Source: Peptococcaceae bacterium UBA3933
GTDB taxonomy: Bacteria; Bacillota; Peptococcia; Peptococcales; BICA1-8
Direction: 5' to 3'
Length of the DNA stretch: 55,942 bases
Assembly: GCA_002385805.1 (NCBI GenBank)
Contig: DGEF01000124.1
Coordinates: forward strand, 1-55,942
Shown here: positions 27,592 through 38,361 of the stretch, piece after piece
Position numbering within the stretch: the first letter of the stretch is position 1
Layout: the number at the start of each line of letters is the position of its first letter
Made by a program: the position numbers and the translations under genes
The notes under the pieces: model-generated
What the model was told of the DNA's origin: nothing
Seen by the model: the letters and a program-made list of their open reading frames with translations, nothing else
The model's database searches: none

Positions 27592-28257
27592 TTATTTTTT
27601 TTGTAAATATTTTTCTATAATTACCATATCATTTTTGATGTAAGCAATTTCCGGCTCCACAGGAACTACCTCTTCGTTATCAGGGGCCCTGGAAATAAAG
27701 CTACCGATCCTTAATTGGGTAGGTTGTAATCTGTTTGCAAAAACTATTGCTCCCGGATCCCCTTTAGCTCCCGCATGAGCTATCCCCCTTAAAGTACCTA
27801 TCACTAAAATATGCCCTGTAGCTATTACTTCCGCTCCCGGGTTAACATCACCTAAAATTATGATACTACCTTCATGAAAAATCCTTTGTCCGGAACGTAG
27901 GTTTTTTCTGATTATTAAAGTAGGCCCTGCGGCTAAAAATTGATCACTATTAATCATATCCAACATTTCAGCAGTTTCTTGCGTAGCAGAAAAGACATTT
28001 TCCTTTTTATCAATTTCAGAGATAATTTTTCTAACCTCCACTCCTAATGATGAAAAGACATTTTTTAAATATTGAGCTTGTCCTTCATCTAAAACTACAT
28101 CCCCGGTATTAATAACTACCTTTCTCTCGCTACCTAAAAATGCCTCAGCAGCTGTAAATTTTTCAATAATCTTTTCTGCCAAAACTTGTAAATCCAAATT
28201 ACAATCTAAATGAACTACGATACCTTCACGATTTCCTTTTAAGATCACTGGTTCCAT
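27592..28257 (-). CDS. minC: septum site-determining protein MinC
   Basis: 221 aa. C-terminal beta-helix repeat (GDVNPGAEVIATGHILVIGTLRGIAHAG). Lies upstream of minD. Confidence 0.9.
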   Translation of the reverse strand: MEPVILKGNREGIVVHLDCNLDLQVLAEKIIEKFTAAEAFLGSERKVVINTGDVVLDEGQAQYLKNVFSSLGVEVRKIISEIDKKENVFSATQETAEMLDMINSDQFLAAGPTLIIRKNLRSGQRIFHEGSIIILGDVNPGAEVIATGHILVIGTLRGIAHAGAKGDPGAIVFANRLQPTQLRIGSFISRAPDNEEVVPVEPEIAYIKNDMVIIEKYLQKK

Positions 28258-28351
28258 CTTTCTGCCCCTATTCTAAGTTATAATCAATTTACACCTTAAA
28301 TCTTTTGTTAAATTCTACAAAATCCTTATTAATCCCTGCTATCTGCAAGTA

Positions 28352-28379
28352 AAAAACGGGGATTTTTTTCCCCGTTTTT
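28352..28379. terminator. hairpin terminator between pbp2 and minC
   Basis: AAAAACGGGGA-TTTTTT-TCCCCGTTTTT. Confidence 0.75.
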
Positions 28380-28446
28380 CAAGCATTTCTAGACATTATG
28401 GTGAAAATAATCCCTTTTTTTTCCATATTTCCTGAAAACATTACAT

Positions 28447-30408
28447 TCATTCTTTTAACCCAAAATACTCCTCAAAAACTGCTTTAGCAATTTTACCTGC
28501 GGAACCGGAACCACTATAACCGTATTCAACTACACCTGCAAAAGCTATTTCCGGATCATCTACCGGTGCGAAAGCAACGAATACTCCGTCATAATATTGT
28601 TTACCATTCTCACGATAACCGGCTTGACCAGGTTGAGCGGTTCCCGTTTTAGCGGCCACTTGAATATCCGGTGGAAAATTCCTGAATAAGGAATAAGCAG
28701 TGCCTCCCGGTTTGGTAACACCTGCCATGGCTTCTTTAATTATATTAATGGTTTCTTGAGAAACATTTGCTTTTCCTAATATTTGGGGATTAAACTCTTT
28801 CACTACATTACCTTTACTGTCCACGATTTTTTCCACAACATAAGGTTTATAACGAACCCCGTTATTAGCAATACCTGCCACATAATTAGCCAGTTGCAAG
28901 GGAGTATAATTCTGACGACCTTGGCCAATGGAAATATTAAAGGTATCCACATCATGCCAGCTGGTGTTCCAGTTCAAATCAACTTTCCATTGGGCTTTTA
29001 TCTGATTGATAGCATTAATTTTTCTTTTTTCTATTTTTTCCCTTTCCTTCTCATCGGTAGTCTGGGCTAATAATTGGTCATATTCTTCTTCTACTTTTTT
29101 GAGCCTGTTTTCATAACGCTGATTGACAAGGGCTTCTGCCCAATCAAAATACTGCAGCCTTTTTTCAGGAGTAGGTAACCCCTGTAAGGGGGAAACACCG
29201 GCATTCTCATAGGGAAGATCAATTCCCGTAGGCTTATCTAAACCAAATTCCGCACCTATTTTAGCAATATTATCTATACCTGCACGACGCCCCACTTCCT
29301 GAAAGTAAACATTATCCGATTTAGAAATAGCTGTATAAATATTCATGGGTCCAATGGGTGCCACTGATTTAATATAGGGAGGATACCAATACCGCCCCGG
29401 ATTATAGATGGTTTCTTTCGCCGTTACTTTGCCTGCTTCCAAAGCAGCCATACCCGTAATCATTTTAAAAGTAGAGCCCGGGATATATCTCCCTTGAATT
29501 GCTTTATTTTGAACGGTAACCCTATTATCAGGTCTGGTAGACATGGCCAGAATTTTACCTGTTTTTACGTCTATTAATACTGCTGCCCCACCGTTAGCTT
29601 TGTCAGATCTAGGATCTTGTTGTAATTCTTCTAATAATTGATCAAAAGCTTCATCCATAGTTTTCTGCAATTCAAAATCTATGGTTAAAATAATATCATG
29701 CCCGGGTTTAGGCGGAACGGTATCAATTTCTCTAATTGGCCTATTAACCGCATTTACTTCTACCTGCCGGAAACCGTCTTCACCCCTTAAAAATTGGTCA
29801 TATTGTTTTTCCACACCGACTTTACCAATTAAATCACCTAATTTATAATCTTCATATCCTTCTTTACCTAATTCTTCATTAATCTCACTCAAATACCCTA
29901 ATAAATGGCCTGCAAGATTACCATATGGGTACTGCCGTTGTGGCACAGATTGTATAGTTACCCCAGGTAGTTCGGACCTTCTTGATTCAATAGCTGTTAC
30001 TGTCTCAATGGAAATATCCTTCTTTACAACTATCGGTTCATACAAACGATACCTGTTTTCTTTAATTAAATTATTTATAAATTCAGGAGTTATTTCCGGG
30101 TCATCCAGAATTTCAGCTAATTTATTCACCACCTGTTCTTGATTTTTTAGCCCCAGATAGGTTATGGATACCTGAAAGGTTGGAAGATCAGTAGCTACTA
30201 CGACCCCGTCGGAAGTTATAATATTTCCCCGTGTATGGGGAATAGTAACCAAACGCATCCTGTTGTCTTCAGCCCTGGTTTGATAAATATCTGCTTCAAT
30301 TATTTGGAGCCAGCCTAAACGCATAAAAAGGATTATAAAAATAATGGCCACAATTTTTCTATATATTTTTAAGGTTTTTTCCAAAGCCTTGCGCCGTTTA
30401 TTATTCAA
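28447..30408 (-). CDS. mrdA: penicillin-binding protein 2 (elongasome transpeptidase)
   Basis: STFK, SDN and KTGTA motifs with an N-terminal TM anchor. TTG start after AGGGGGG. Lies downstream of mreBCD. Confidence 0.9.
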   Translation of the reverse strand: MNNKRRKALEKTLKIYRKIVAIIFIILFMRLGWLQIIEADIYQTRAEDNRMRLVTIPHTRGNIITSDGVVVATDLPTFQVSITYLGLKNQEQVVNKLAEILDDPEITPEFINNLIKENRYRLYEPIVVKKDISIETVTAIESRRSELPGVTIQSVPQRQYPYGNLAGHLLGYLSEINEELGKEGYEDYKLGDLIGKVGVEKQYDQFLRGEDGFRQVEVNAVNRPIREIDTVPPKPGHDIILTIDFELQKTMDEAFDQLLEELQQDPRSDKANGGAAVLIDVKTGKILAMSTRPDNRVTVQNKAIQGRYIPGSTFKMITGMAALEAGKVTAKETIYNPGRYWYPPYIKSVAPIGPMNIYTAISKSDNVYFQEVGRRAGIDNIAKIGAEFGLDKPTGIDLPYENAGVSPLQGLPTPEKRLQYFDWAEALVNQRYENRLKKVEEEYDQLLAQTTDEKEREKIEKRKINAINQIKAQWKVDLNWNTSWHDVDTFNISIGQGRQNYTPLQLANYVAGIANNGVRYKPYVVEKIVDSKGNVVKEFNPQILGKANVSQETINIIKEAMAGVTKPGGTAYSLFRNFPPDIQVAAKTGTAQPGQAGYRENGKQYYDGVFVAFAPVDDPEIAFAGVVEYGYSGSGSAGKIAKAVFEEYFGLKE

Positions 30409-30486
30409 TAAGCCGGCCCCCCTTTCCGGTAAAAACTGTTTAATAAGTCATGGTTTATGGTAAAATGTTCATAGCAATATTCCATG

Positions 30487-30966
30487 TTAATTTTTATAAG
30501 TGCAGGCTTTGTAAAACAGCCCGTAAATAAAAGGAGTTAAACAGGTGTTGTAAAGAGCAAAAGGCAAAATTATCTTTGCCAGAAAAACAATAGGTATGGG
30601 GTATCCTACAAAGTTTGAGAAAACAAAGTAAAGAAAGGTATGTAGTAACGAAGCAACAAATAATGCCATCATGGGCACGAAAAAGTTTTCTTTATATAAT
30701 CTCTTTTCTAAAAAACCCACCAGTATACCAATAATAAGCTTACATAAAGCGTTTAATCCAATGTATTTTGCCGAATATAAATCCTCGATTAAACCTAATA
30801 AAAACCCTGCTCCTGCCCCTTCCCCGGGACCTTTTATTAAAGCAAAATAAACAGTAAAAATTAAAAGCAAATCTGGTTTCACACCGGCAATTGTGAATTC
30901 ATTGAGAATTGTCGACTGCAAAATCAAGGCAAAAAACCCCAGGAGACTTAGAACTAAATATCTCAT
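30487..30966 (-). CDS. mreD: rod shape-determining protein MreD
   Basis: 159-aa polytopic membrane protein that overlaps the mreC stop codon. Confidence 0.85.
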   Translation of the reverse strand: MRYLVLSLLGFFALILQSTILNEFTIAGVKPDLLLIFTVYFALIKGPGEGAGAGFLLGLIEDLYSAKYIGLNALCKLIIGILVGFLEKRLYKENFFVPMMALFVASLLHTFLYFVFSNFVGYPIPIVFLAKIILPFALYNTCLTPFIYGLFYKACTYKN

Positions 30967-31865
30967 TGTTCTAACGCCTCCTCACTTTGTTGGCTTAGTT
31001 CTTGTTGAAGAAGATAAGCTTCATTTACATCTAAAATTATTAAGACTTCTTCTAACCGGGAAAAATCAACAAAAGGTTCAACAGTAGCCCGTTTCATTAA
31101 TCCCGACGACTCTTCATAAACTTCTGTAACTTTACCTATCCTGATACCTGGTGGAAATATTCCCCCTAACCCTGAAGTCACTATAGTATGTCCTTCTCTT
31201 ATCAAAGCATCATGGGGCAGATGAATCATAGTTAAGGTATCAGTACCGTCTCCCTTACCTTCAACTACACCGGGTGTTTCTCTGGTTTCCCAGACCTGCC
31301 CCCCTACAGCACCTTCCTGATCGATAATCAGCAAAACTTCACTGGCCCGAGAGGTTACATTGATAATTCTTCCTACTAACCCCTCATGAGTAACTACAGC
31401 CATATCCTTTCTAACCCCATCCGCCAAACCGCGATTAATAATGACTGTTTTGTGCCAGTTGCCAGGATCTCTGGCCACAATCTGGGCAGAGAGTAAATTA
31501 AAATCACCACTGTGAACACTTTTATATTCTAGAAGATCCCGCAAACGAATATTTTCCAAGGCAAAATCTTTATAAAGATCTATTTCATGCTTTAACTCAC
31601 TGATTTGCTTTTTCAAGGCAATGTTTTCTTCCCGTAATGTTTTCACTTCCGTAAAAACTCCGATGAAATCCTTGAACTTCTGCACAACAGCAGTAGCCCC
31701 GCTTTGTAACGGAGCTACTATAGTTCTAATTCCATTTTCCCCTGGACTTAGATTTGGCCTTTCCATGCCGGTAAAATTGGCCATTGTTATGAGTAAGAAA
31801 AAAATACCGGCGGCTAAAATTATATTTCTTATAATCTTAAATTTGGTCATTTTGACGACCACCAA
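30963..31865 (-). CDS. mreC: rod shape-determining protein MreC
   Basis: TM anchor, a coiled coil (LREENIALKKQISELKHE) and beta domains (GLVGRI, GG.FPPG..IG.V). The start could instead be ATG 31850. Confidence 0.9.
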   Translation of the reverse strand: MVVVKMTKFKIIRNIILAAGIFFLLITMANFTGMERPNLSPGENGIRTIVAPLQSGATAVVQKFKDFIGVFTEVKTLREENIALKKQISELKHEIDLYKDFALENIRLRDLLEYKSVHSGDFNLLSAQIVARDPGNWHKTVIINRGLADGVRKDMAVVTHEGLVGRIINVTSRASEVLLIIDQEGAVGGQVWETRETPGVVEGKGDGTDTLTMIHLPHDALIREGHTIVTSGLGGIFPPGIRIGKVTEVYEESSGLMKRATVEPFVDFSRLEEVLIILDVNEAYLLQQELSQQSEEALEQ

Positions 31866-31867
31866 TC

Positions 31868-32887
31868 CTATCCAATCCTTTTATTAGCAACACCCAGTTT
31901 CCTTAAGGTATTGATATTCTCTAAAATTTTCCCGGTTCCTATAGCTACACAGGATAAAGCCTCCTCCGTAACGTGAACAGGCATCCCTGTCTGATGGGCA
32001 ACCAACTTATCAAAACCTTTTAAGAGAGCTCCTCCCCCGGCCATTACTATACCACGATCCATTATATCAGCAGCTAACTCCGGCGGAGTTTTTTCTAAAC
32101 AAATTTTAATCGCATCTAAAATACTATTAACAGGGTCTTGTAAGGCTTCATAAACCTCTCTTTCGGAAATGGTTATATTTTTAGGCAGTCCGGTAACCAA
32201 ATCGCGACCTCTCACTTGATAGGTTTCTTCAGTATCTTCTAAATAGGCGGAGCCTATGTTTATCTTTATCTCTTCAGCGGTCCGGTCACCGATCATGAGG
32301 TTATAGGTCCGTTTAATGTAATTGATGATCGCCTCATCCATTTCGTCACCACCGACACGAATGGAACGGCTGGTAACTATACCTCCTAATGAAATAATGG
32401 CCACATCGGTAGTACCGCCCCCAATATCTACAATCATATTCCCCGTAGGTTCATGGACAGGCAATCCTGCTCCAATGGCTGCAGCCATTGGTTCTTCCAC
32501 TAAATGGGCTTCTTTTGCACCGGCCTGGAGAGCGGCTTCTTTTACCGCTCTTTCTTCTACAGAAGTTACTCCTGCTGGTACACAGACAACTACTCTAGGC
32601 TTCATAAAAATATTTTTGGTTTTCAAAGCTTTATTGATAAAATATTTTAACATGCTATGGGTTACTTCAAAATCAGCAATAACTCCGTCTTTCATGGGAC
32701 GGATAGCGATTATATTGCCGGGAGTACGGCCAATCATCCTTTTTGCCTCCTCACCGACAGCCAATATACTTCCTGTGTCCCGTTGTATAGCAACTACTGA
32801 AGGTTCATTTAAAACTATACCTTTTCCCCGTAAATAAACTAAACAATTTGCAGTACCCAAGTCAATGCCGATATCTTTAGCAAACAT
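31868..32887 (-). CDS. mreB: rod shape-determining actin homologue MreB
   Basis: [18 protein letters not shown] and MAGGGALL motifs. Confidence 0.95.
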   Translation of the reverse strand: MFAKDIGIDLGTANCLVYLRGKGIVLNEPSVVAIQRDTGSILAVGEEAKRMIGRTPGNIIAIRPMKDGVIADFEVTHSMLKYFINKALKTKNIFMKPRVVVCVPAGVTSVEERAVKEAALQAGAKEAHLVEEPMAAAIGAGLPVHEPTGNMIVDIGGGTTDVAIISLGGIVTSRSIRVGGDEMDEAIINYIKRTYNLMIGDRTAEEIKINIGSAYLEDTEETYQVRGRDLVTGLPKNITISEREVYEALQDPVNSILDAIKICLEKTPPELAADIMDRGIVMAGGGALLKGFDKLVAHQTGMPVHVTEEALSCVAIGTGKILENINTLRKLGVANKRIG

Positions 32888-32924
32888 TCTAGCTCTCCTT
32901 CCCCTGACAAAAAATTATATAAAT

Positions 32925-33620
32925 CTAGATAAGTGCCTTTTCTTTCATACTAATAAAAATTTTATCACCAATAATTATATGGTCCAATACCTCAATACCT
33001 AATAACTTACCGGCTTCAATAATACGTTTAGTAATTTGAATATCCTCATGGCTCGGTGTGGGATCACCGCTGGGATGATTATGAACTAAAATTAGGGAAG
33101 CTGCACTCTTTTTAATGGCAATTTTAAAAAGTTCCCGGGGATGGACCAATGAACTATTTAAATTACCAATGGAAATAGTCTCACAGCTTATCACCTGGTT
33201 TTTAGTATTTAACAAAAAAACCCGGAAATGTTCCCGGTCCAAATGCCTCATTTCCTCCATCACTAAGTTACTAGCATCTTCCGGTGAACGAATAAACGGT
33301 TTAAAATTCATCTCTACCATACTTATTCTCTTACCGATTTCTACAGCGGCTAAAATGCGGGCTGCTTTTGCTTGCCCTACACCGTTAAATTCGGAAAGTT
33401 CTTGTAAAGTAAGGTTAACCAGACCTTTTAGTCCACCGCTTTGGGAAAGAATTTGTTCTGCCAGTTCTAAAGCAGTGGCCTCTCTATTACCGGTAGCTAA
33501 CAGAATGGCTATTAATTCCTGTTCATTTAAAGCCTGGACACCTAAGTTACACAACCTCTCTCTAGGTTTTAGTTCAACTGGATAATCCTTTAGAGTTAAA
33601 CGATACTCAGGATTATTCAC
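32925..33620 (-). CDS. radC: RadC-family JAB/MPN-domain protein
   Basis: HhH region, then the HNHPSGDPTPS JAMM motif. Confidence 0.9.
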   Translation of the reverse strand: MNNPEYRLTLKDYPVELKPRERLCNLGVQALNEQELIAILLATGNREATALELAEQILSQSGGLKGLVNLTLQELSEFNGVGQAKAARILAAVEIGKRISMVEMNFKPFIRSPEDASNLVMEEMRHLDREHFRVFLLNTKNQVISCETISIGNLNSSLVHPRELFKIAIKKSAASLILVHNHPSGDPTPSHEDIQITKRIIEAGKLLGIEVLDHIIIGDKIFISMKEKALI

Positions 33621-34195
33621 TTCAAAACCTCCACACCGAATCTTTTTAAGCCTTGAGCCAGCTTTTGTAAAGGTAGGCCTACTACATTAAAATAACAGCC
33701 TGTGATACTTTCCACTAAAAGAGCACCTAAACCCTGTATCCCATATGCACCGGCTTTATCAAAAGGTTCACCGGTGGCTATATATGCATTGATCTCTTGT
33801 TCGGTAAGTTGGCGAAATTTAACCCTGGTTATTTCGGAATCAATATAAGACTCTCCGGACATTGCATCAATTATGGCAATACCTGTTAAAACTTGATGTT
33901 CAGCACCGGAAAGAAATGAAAGCATATCATAAGCTTCACATTCACTTTTAGGTTTTCCGAGAATTTTTCCGTCTTTAAAAACTACCGTATCAGCACCAAT
34001 AACCAAACCCTGTTTTAATGAACTCGCCACAGAACTTGCCTTATCCTTAGCTAACTGTTCCACCCATTTTTGAGGATTATCACCCTTAAACTCATTTTCC
34101 TCTACATTACTAACCTGAACAGTAAAAGATAAACCTATTTGTTTTAATAATTCCCAACGTCGTGGTGAAGCAGAAGCCAAAATAATTTCCACCAA
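33617..34195 (-). CDS. maf: Maf-family nucleoside triphosphate pyrophosphatase
   Basis: ILASASPRR N-terminus, GADTVV, and KAGAYGIQG. Confidence 0.9.
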   Translation of the reverse strand: MVEIILASASPRRWELLKQIGLSFTVQVSNVEENEFKGDNPQKWVEQLAKDKASSVASSLKQGLVIGADTVVFKDGKILGKPKSECEAYDMLSFLSGAEHQVLTGIAIIDAMSGESYIDSEITRVKFRQLTEQEINAYIATGEPFDKAGAYGIQGLGALLVESITGCYFNVVGLPLQKLAQGLKRFGVEVLK

Positions 34196-34204
34196 AAAAT
34201 CCTC

Positions 34205-34456
34205 CTACAGACGAAAATAGACAAAAAGAGCAACTAAAAAACCAACTAAACTGGCCACATTTAATTGAATTATTAAACCAAAAGTGAGGGAAAAGACTAC
34301 TAGATCAATAGTGGTAGGTTGTAAGCCGATAGGTTGAAAACCAGTTTTTAAAATTGGCCAATATTGACCGAGGGTCTCGCCGAGTAGTGTGCCAATAAGC
34401 CCTCCAATTATTAGTAATATTACCAAAATCCATGGACTTTTAACACCATGTCGCAA
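34205..34456 (-). CDS. small membrane protein (DUF4321-like)
   Basis: 83 aa with two TM helices. Its position next to maf matches what I recall for DUF4321 proteins in Clostridia. Confidence 0.6.
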   Translation of the reverse strand: MRHGVKSPWILVILLIIGGLIGTLLGETLGQYWPILKTGFQPIGLQPTTIDLVVFSLTFGLIIQLNVASLVGFLVALFVYFRL

Positions 34457-34563
34457 AAAAAAACCTCCTTAATTAGCAAAATACGACTTTTGCCTAAAGT
34501 AAGTTTATCATTCTGATAATTGATAGACAAGTAATTACTTTTTGTAATTGTTGCCAGGTAAAT

Positions 34564-35115
34564 TTATGCAGGTGGATTTTTCACCTTTTCAATGTTTTCT
34601 TGTAAAAACCCTCTTATCCAGTCTAAAATAAGAGGATTGGTTATTGGGATATCATCTAACTTCTCCCTAATTGTTTCGACATCAAAAATAAATTCTCGAC
34701 CGTTAAAATTGTATTTAAATAACAAATTTAGGTCAGGTTTACTAACTATTATACTAATCAACGTAGAAACCAAATCACCCAAAGGAACCCGATCTATATG
34801 GCTGTGTTGAAAAGAAGCATAAATTTTTGTACCGATACCTTTATTTGAAGTAATTTTAAACTCTCCGTTACATGATAAAGCATTGGCTTTAAAAAGAGGA
34901 ATACCTAAACCCACCTTCCGTGTAGTACGGGTTGTAAAAAAAGGATCTTCTACCTTTTCTATTTCCTCGGGTGTCATACCTTTACCGTTATCCCTGACAG
35001 TAATCTCCAAGATATCTTTCCGGGTATCCTCGATAATTTCAATCTCCAAACAAGTAGCTCCGGCCGCCAGTGAATTTTCGCTGATATCTAAAATATGTAA
35101 AGAAAGCTCACGCAT
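34564..35115 (-). CDS. stand-alone GHKL (histidine-kinase-like) ATPase domain protein
   Basis: N-box HILDISENS, G1 DNGKGM and G2 GLGIP, with no DHp/His domain. ATG 35115 lies 7 nt after GGGGGA; the track start is 35151. Confidence 0.75.
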   Translation of the reverse strand: MRELSLHILDISENSLAAGATCLEIEIIEDTRKDILEITVRDNGKGMTPEEIEKVEDPFFTTRTTRKVGLGIPLFKANALSCNGEFKITSNKGIGTKIYASFQHSHIDRVPLGDLVSTLISIIVSKPDLNLLFKYNFNGREFIFDVETIREKLDDIPITNPLILDWIRGFLQENIEKVKNPPA

Positions 35116-35158
35116 AGACGAATCCCCCTTTCGGGTTAACCTTCCGATCATTTAAAAA

Positions 35159-35198
35159 GTGAGCGAATAGGCCCGTTAATATTAAGACTCGCTCACTA
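35159..35198. repeat. mini-copy of the GTGAGCGAGT word as a hairpin
   Basis: AGTGAGCGA-22 nt-TCGCTCACT, using the same word found in copies A and D. Confidence 0.5.
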
Positions 35199-35257
35199 AC
35201 TCACATAAGCATATTTTTTTTAGATACAAGATTTATGCCGTCTTCAAAACCAGACCT

Positions 35258-36025
35258 TTAAACAAGTAAAAACGGATCCTTTCCGGATGCATAAGCTAAA
35301 TACCTGCCCTCTTCCCTTTTTAAAGCCATTTGCAATTCTTTAACGGAAAACTCCTCAATATATGCCCAGGTATAGGGACCTCCGATTTGTGACAAATAAT
35401 GGGCATCAGAAGACAAAACTACACCCAAACCTCTTTTTTTCAAAAATTCAATTTGTTCCTTTACTCTGGGTAAATGGGGAGTAAGTTCCACCCCGGCAAA
35501 TTCCAGGTTATCAGGGATGAACCCTAAGTTAGTCCACAAACTGAAAGCCGGTCTATCAATATGAGCTGGAAGAGCCAACCCCCCTATTTTTTTTATCTCC
35601 GCAACGAGCATATCAACAGTAATGTTAGTAGACGCCAACAGAAGTCTTTTATTTTCCCTTATTAAATTTCCCTGAGCATCTACAATTTTTTGCGGACCGA
35701 ATATTTCCTCTTTATTTTCTACATTGGGTAATCCGGCATAAACAATTTCCTGACAAGCCAGACTCTGTTCTAATGTATCAAAGACACAGAGAATATGAAC
35801 GTCCTCCCTAGTTTGAACCTCTATGCCCGGCAAATAGCTTATACCGGCACTTCGGGCACATTCCCAAAAAGCTTCCTGGTTCTCACAAGAATTATGATCA
35901 GCTATCACCAAAGCCTGTAAGCCTATCTCTTTGGCCTTTCTAATTATATTAGGAGGTGTCATTTCATCAGCACCACAAGGTGATAAAACAGAATGAATAT
36001 GCAGGTCTATAGAAAAAAATTGCAT
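35258..36025 (-). CDS. PHP-domain (polymerase/histidinol-phosphatase-like) metal-dependent phosphoesterase
   Basis: IDLHIHSVLSPCG..IADHNS..PAHIDR..SSDAH, which are the His/Asp PHP motifs. Confidence 0.8.
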   Translation of the reverse strand: MQFFSIDLHIHSVLSPCGADEMTPPNIIRKAKEIGLQALVIADHNSCENQEAFWECARSAGISYLPGIEVQTREDVHILCVFDTLEQSLACQEIVYAGLPNVENKEEIFGPQKIVDAQGNLIRENKRLLLASTNITVDMLVAEIKKIGGLALPAHIDRPAFSLWTNLGFIPDNLEFAGVELTPHLPRVKEQIEFLKKRGLGVVLSSDAHYLSQIGGPYTWAYIEEFSVKELQMALKREEGRYLAYASGKDPFLLV

Positions 36026-36029
36026 TTTA

Positions 36030-36380
36030 CTATCCTCTTTCCCCTCTTAAACCCAGCTCATAAAGTTGCCCGGCCAGAGTAAAAGCAGTTTGGGAGGATT
36101 TTAAGAGTATTATATTTTCTTTTTCTGCCTTCATTAAAGTTTCCCGATCCGGGTTTAAATTTTCCGGTAAAAGAATAGCCGAAAAATTTAAAAGAGAAGC
36201 AACCGCTAGTATATTTTGATGTGTTTGGATAGTAATCCAAAGATCATTTTCCCGCCCATGAGCCATAACATTACTTAAAAGATCACATACATATACCCCT
36301 TCAACTATTTGTTGGTCAAAGGTATTACTTTTAACCAATACTTCTAAACCTAAATTTTTAACTATTTCTTGCAATTTCAT
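36030..36380 (-). CDS. DRTGG-domain protein
   Basis: 116 aa. Contains CDLLSNVMAHG..LWITIQTHQNILAVASL, and is a paralogue of 37255..37617. Confidence 0.65.
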   Translation of the reverse strand: MKLQEIVKNLGLEVLVKSNTFDQQIVEGVYVCDLLSNVMAHGRENDLWITIQTHQNILAVASLLNFSAILLPENLNPDRETLMKAEKENIILLKSSQTAFTLAGQLYELGLRGERG

Positions 36381-36392
36381 ATTTACCGCCCC

Positions 36393-37262
36393 TTAAAAGT
36401 TTATTTCTATATATAAATCAGTGCCTTTTCCCGGGAGAGAATCAATTTTAAAGTAGTCACTGGATTTTTTAATGTTAGGTAAACCCATTCCTGCCCCAAA
36501 CCCCATTTCCCTAATTTTATCGGGAGCTGTAGAAAAGCCTACCTGCATGGCCTCCTCAATATTGGCGATACCAGGGCCACGATCATTAACACTTATCTTT
36601 AATTTGTCAGCGGTTATTACTGCTTTTAAAATACCTTCATCTGCATGTATTACAACATTCATCTCCGCTTCATAGGTGGCAATGGTAGCCTTACGAATTA
36701 TCTCAGGTCTTATGCCTATTTCCTGCAAAGTCTTTTTTAAAGTGCTGGCAGCGATTCCCGCCTGATCAAAATTACCTCCCTGAAGGTGAAATTCTAAAGT
36801 TCTATTTATTTCAGAACCTGATTTTGTCCCTAAATCCCCTTCATTTATCTCTTCCAATTTTAAGAAAGCCGCCAACCCTGCAATTACCTCCTTTGGAGTA
36901 ATCAGACCAACCAAAGTATTACCATCATCCACCACCGGCAAACGTCCAAATTGATACCTTCTAAATAAGGAAAGAGCCACGCTAATGGAATCTTCAGGTT
37001 TAACGGAATGAACTTTTACGGTCATTCTCTCTCTGATAGGAGCATCTAACTTGTGTTCATCCAAAGCTTGAAAAACATCAGCGATACTTACAACACCGAT
37101 TACTTTTCTATTTTTGTCTATTACCGGCATACCGGTAATATTTTTCAACCGCATTATTTCTTTAGCTTCGCCCATAGTCATTTCCGGAAAAACGGTAACC
37201 ACGGAAGTAATCATTATTTCTTTAACGGTTAAACTTGGTAAATCATGTTTATCATTATTCAT
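36393..37262 (-). CDS. CBS-pair + RsbW/SpoIIAB-like GHKL Ser/Thr kinase (anti-sigma-factor-like) protein
   Basis: Two CBS motifs (MPVIDKNRKVIGVVS and LPVVDDGNTLVGLIT), followed by HADEG..DRGPGI..GFGAGMGLPN. Confidence 0.8.
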   Translation of the reverse strand: MNNDKHDLPSLTVKEIMITSVVTVFPEMTMGEAKEIMRLKNITGMPVIDKNRKVIGVVSIADVFQALDEHKLDAPIRERMTVKVHSVKPEDSISVALSLFRRYQFGRLPVVDDGNTLVGLITPKEVIAGLAAFLKLEEINEGDLGTKSGSEINRTLEFHLQGGNFDQAGIAASTLKKTLQEIGIRPEIIRKATIATYEAEMNVVIHADEGILKAVITADKLKISVNDRGPGIANIEEAMQVGFSTAPDKIREMGFGAGMGLPNIKKSSDYFKIDSLPGKGTDLYIEINF

Positions 37263-37617
37263 AATTTTCTATCTCCTTAGCACCTAATCCTCCCTTATAT
37301 AAACTTCCACAGGATTCATACATAGGTAAAGAAGTAGCCAATAAGGGGAGTTTTTGCTGTGTTGCCATTTCAATAATAGTTTGTGGTGGAATTTTACCGC
37401 GAACAAACACTATGGCTTTAATATCCAGTATCTCACAAGTCCTAATAACCTGGGGGTAGACTAAACCGGTTAACAGCAAGCTTTTAGGTTTGGCAAAAGC
37501 TAACACATCGCTCATCAAATCAGCACCACAAGCTGTTAGTACTTCTACATCCTCCCAGTCAAGCTCAGTTGTTAAAATTCTTGCGTTTAGTAGCTCTTGT
37601 ACCCGTTTTAATTTCAT
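37255..37617 (-). CDS. DRTGG-domain protein
   Basis: 120 aa. Contains ADLMSDVLAFAKPKSLLLTGL..IKAIVFVRG. Confidence 0.65.
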   Translation of the reverse strand: MKLKRVQELLNARILTTELDWEDVEVLTACGADLMSDVLAFAKPKSLLLTGLVYPQVIRTCEILDIKAIVFVRGKIPPQTIIEMATQQKLPLLATSLPMYESCGSLYKGGLGAKEIENYE

Positions 37618-37663
37618 AATCGTTCCTCACTTTTACCAAAGAAATGAGTTTATTTTTAAATCC

Positions 37664-37690
37664 GAAAAAAGACGTCCCTACAAGACGCCT
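37664..37690 (-). terminator. terminator after rex
   Basis: On the minus strand, GGCGTC-TTGTAGG-GACGTC (one G-U pair) followed by TTTTTT. Confidence 0.55.
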
Positions 37691-37706
37691 TTCTACGCTC
37701 AACAAA

Positions 37707-38354
37707 TCAGTCATAATTCTTTTTTAAGGCTAAATTAAAGGTTAGTATTTCCAAATTAACAGCTAAATCTACATTTCGCAATTCCACATTTTCAGGTACG
37801 GAGATAACACTAGGAGCAAAATTAAGGATAGCTTTTACACCACTTTCAACCAGGTGATCGGCTACATCTTGGGCATATTTACTGGGAACAGCTATAATAC
37901 CGATTCGTGCCTCCTGTTCTTTCACAACTTCCCGTAGTTTAGTAATAGGAAAAATAGGAACACCGTTTAAAGTTAACCCGATTTTATTGACATCATTGTC
38001 AAAAACAGCAACAACCTCAAAGCCTCTTTCCCTAAACCCTTTATACTGGGTTAGAGCAGAGCCTAGATTACCGGCGCCTACAATTACTACTTTCCAACCT
38101 TTATTTAAACCTAAAATTCTGATAATATGCTGATTTAAGTCACGAACATTGTACCCTACACCACGGGTTCCGAATTCACCAAAATAAGCCAGGTCTTTTC
38201 TGACCTGAGCAGGACTACCCCCAACTCCTTCCGCAATTTCTCCGGATGAAATATTAACTATTCCCTTTTTATCTAATTGGGTTAAGTATCTCGAATATAC
38301 TGAAAGCCTTATTATGGTTGCTTCCGGAATCTTTAGGGTTTTCAAAACCATCAC
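37707..38354 (-). CDS. rex: redox-sensing transcriptional repressor Rex
   Basis: KIPEATIIRLSVYSRYL winged helix plus a Rossmann fold (VVIVGAGNLGSAL). The exact start codon is ambiguous (GTG 38354, ATG 38351 or TTG 38342). Confidence 0.9.
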   Translation of the reverse strand: MMVLKTLKIPEATIIRLSVYSRYLTQLDKKGIVNISSGEIAEGVGGSPAQVRKDLAYFGEFGTRGVGYNVRDLNQHIIRILGLNKGWKVVIVGAGNLGSALTQYKGFRERGFEVVAVFDNDVNKIGLTLNGVPIFPITKLREVVKEQEARIGIIAVPSKYAQDVADHLVESGVKAILNFAPSVISVPENVELRNVDLAVNLEILTFNLALKKNYD

Positions 38355-38361
38355 CCTCCTT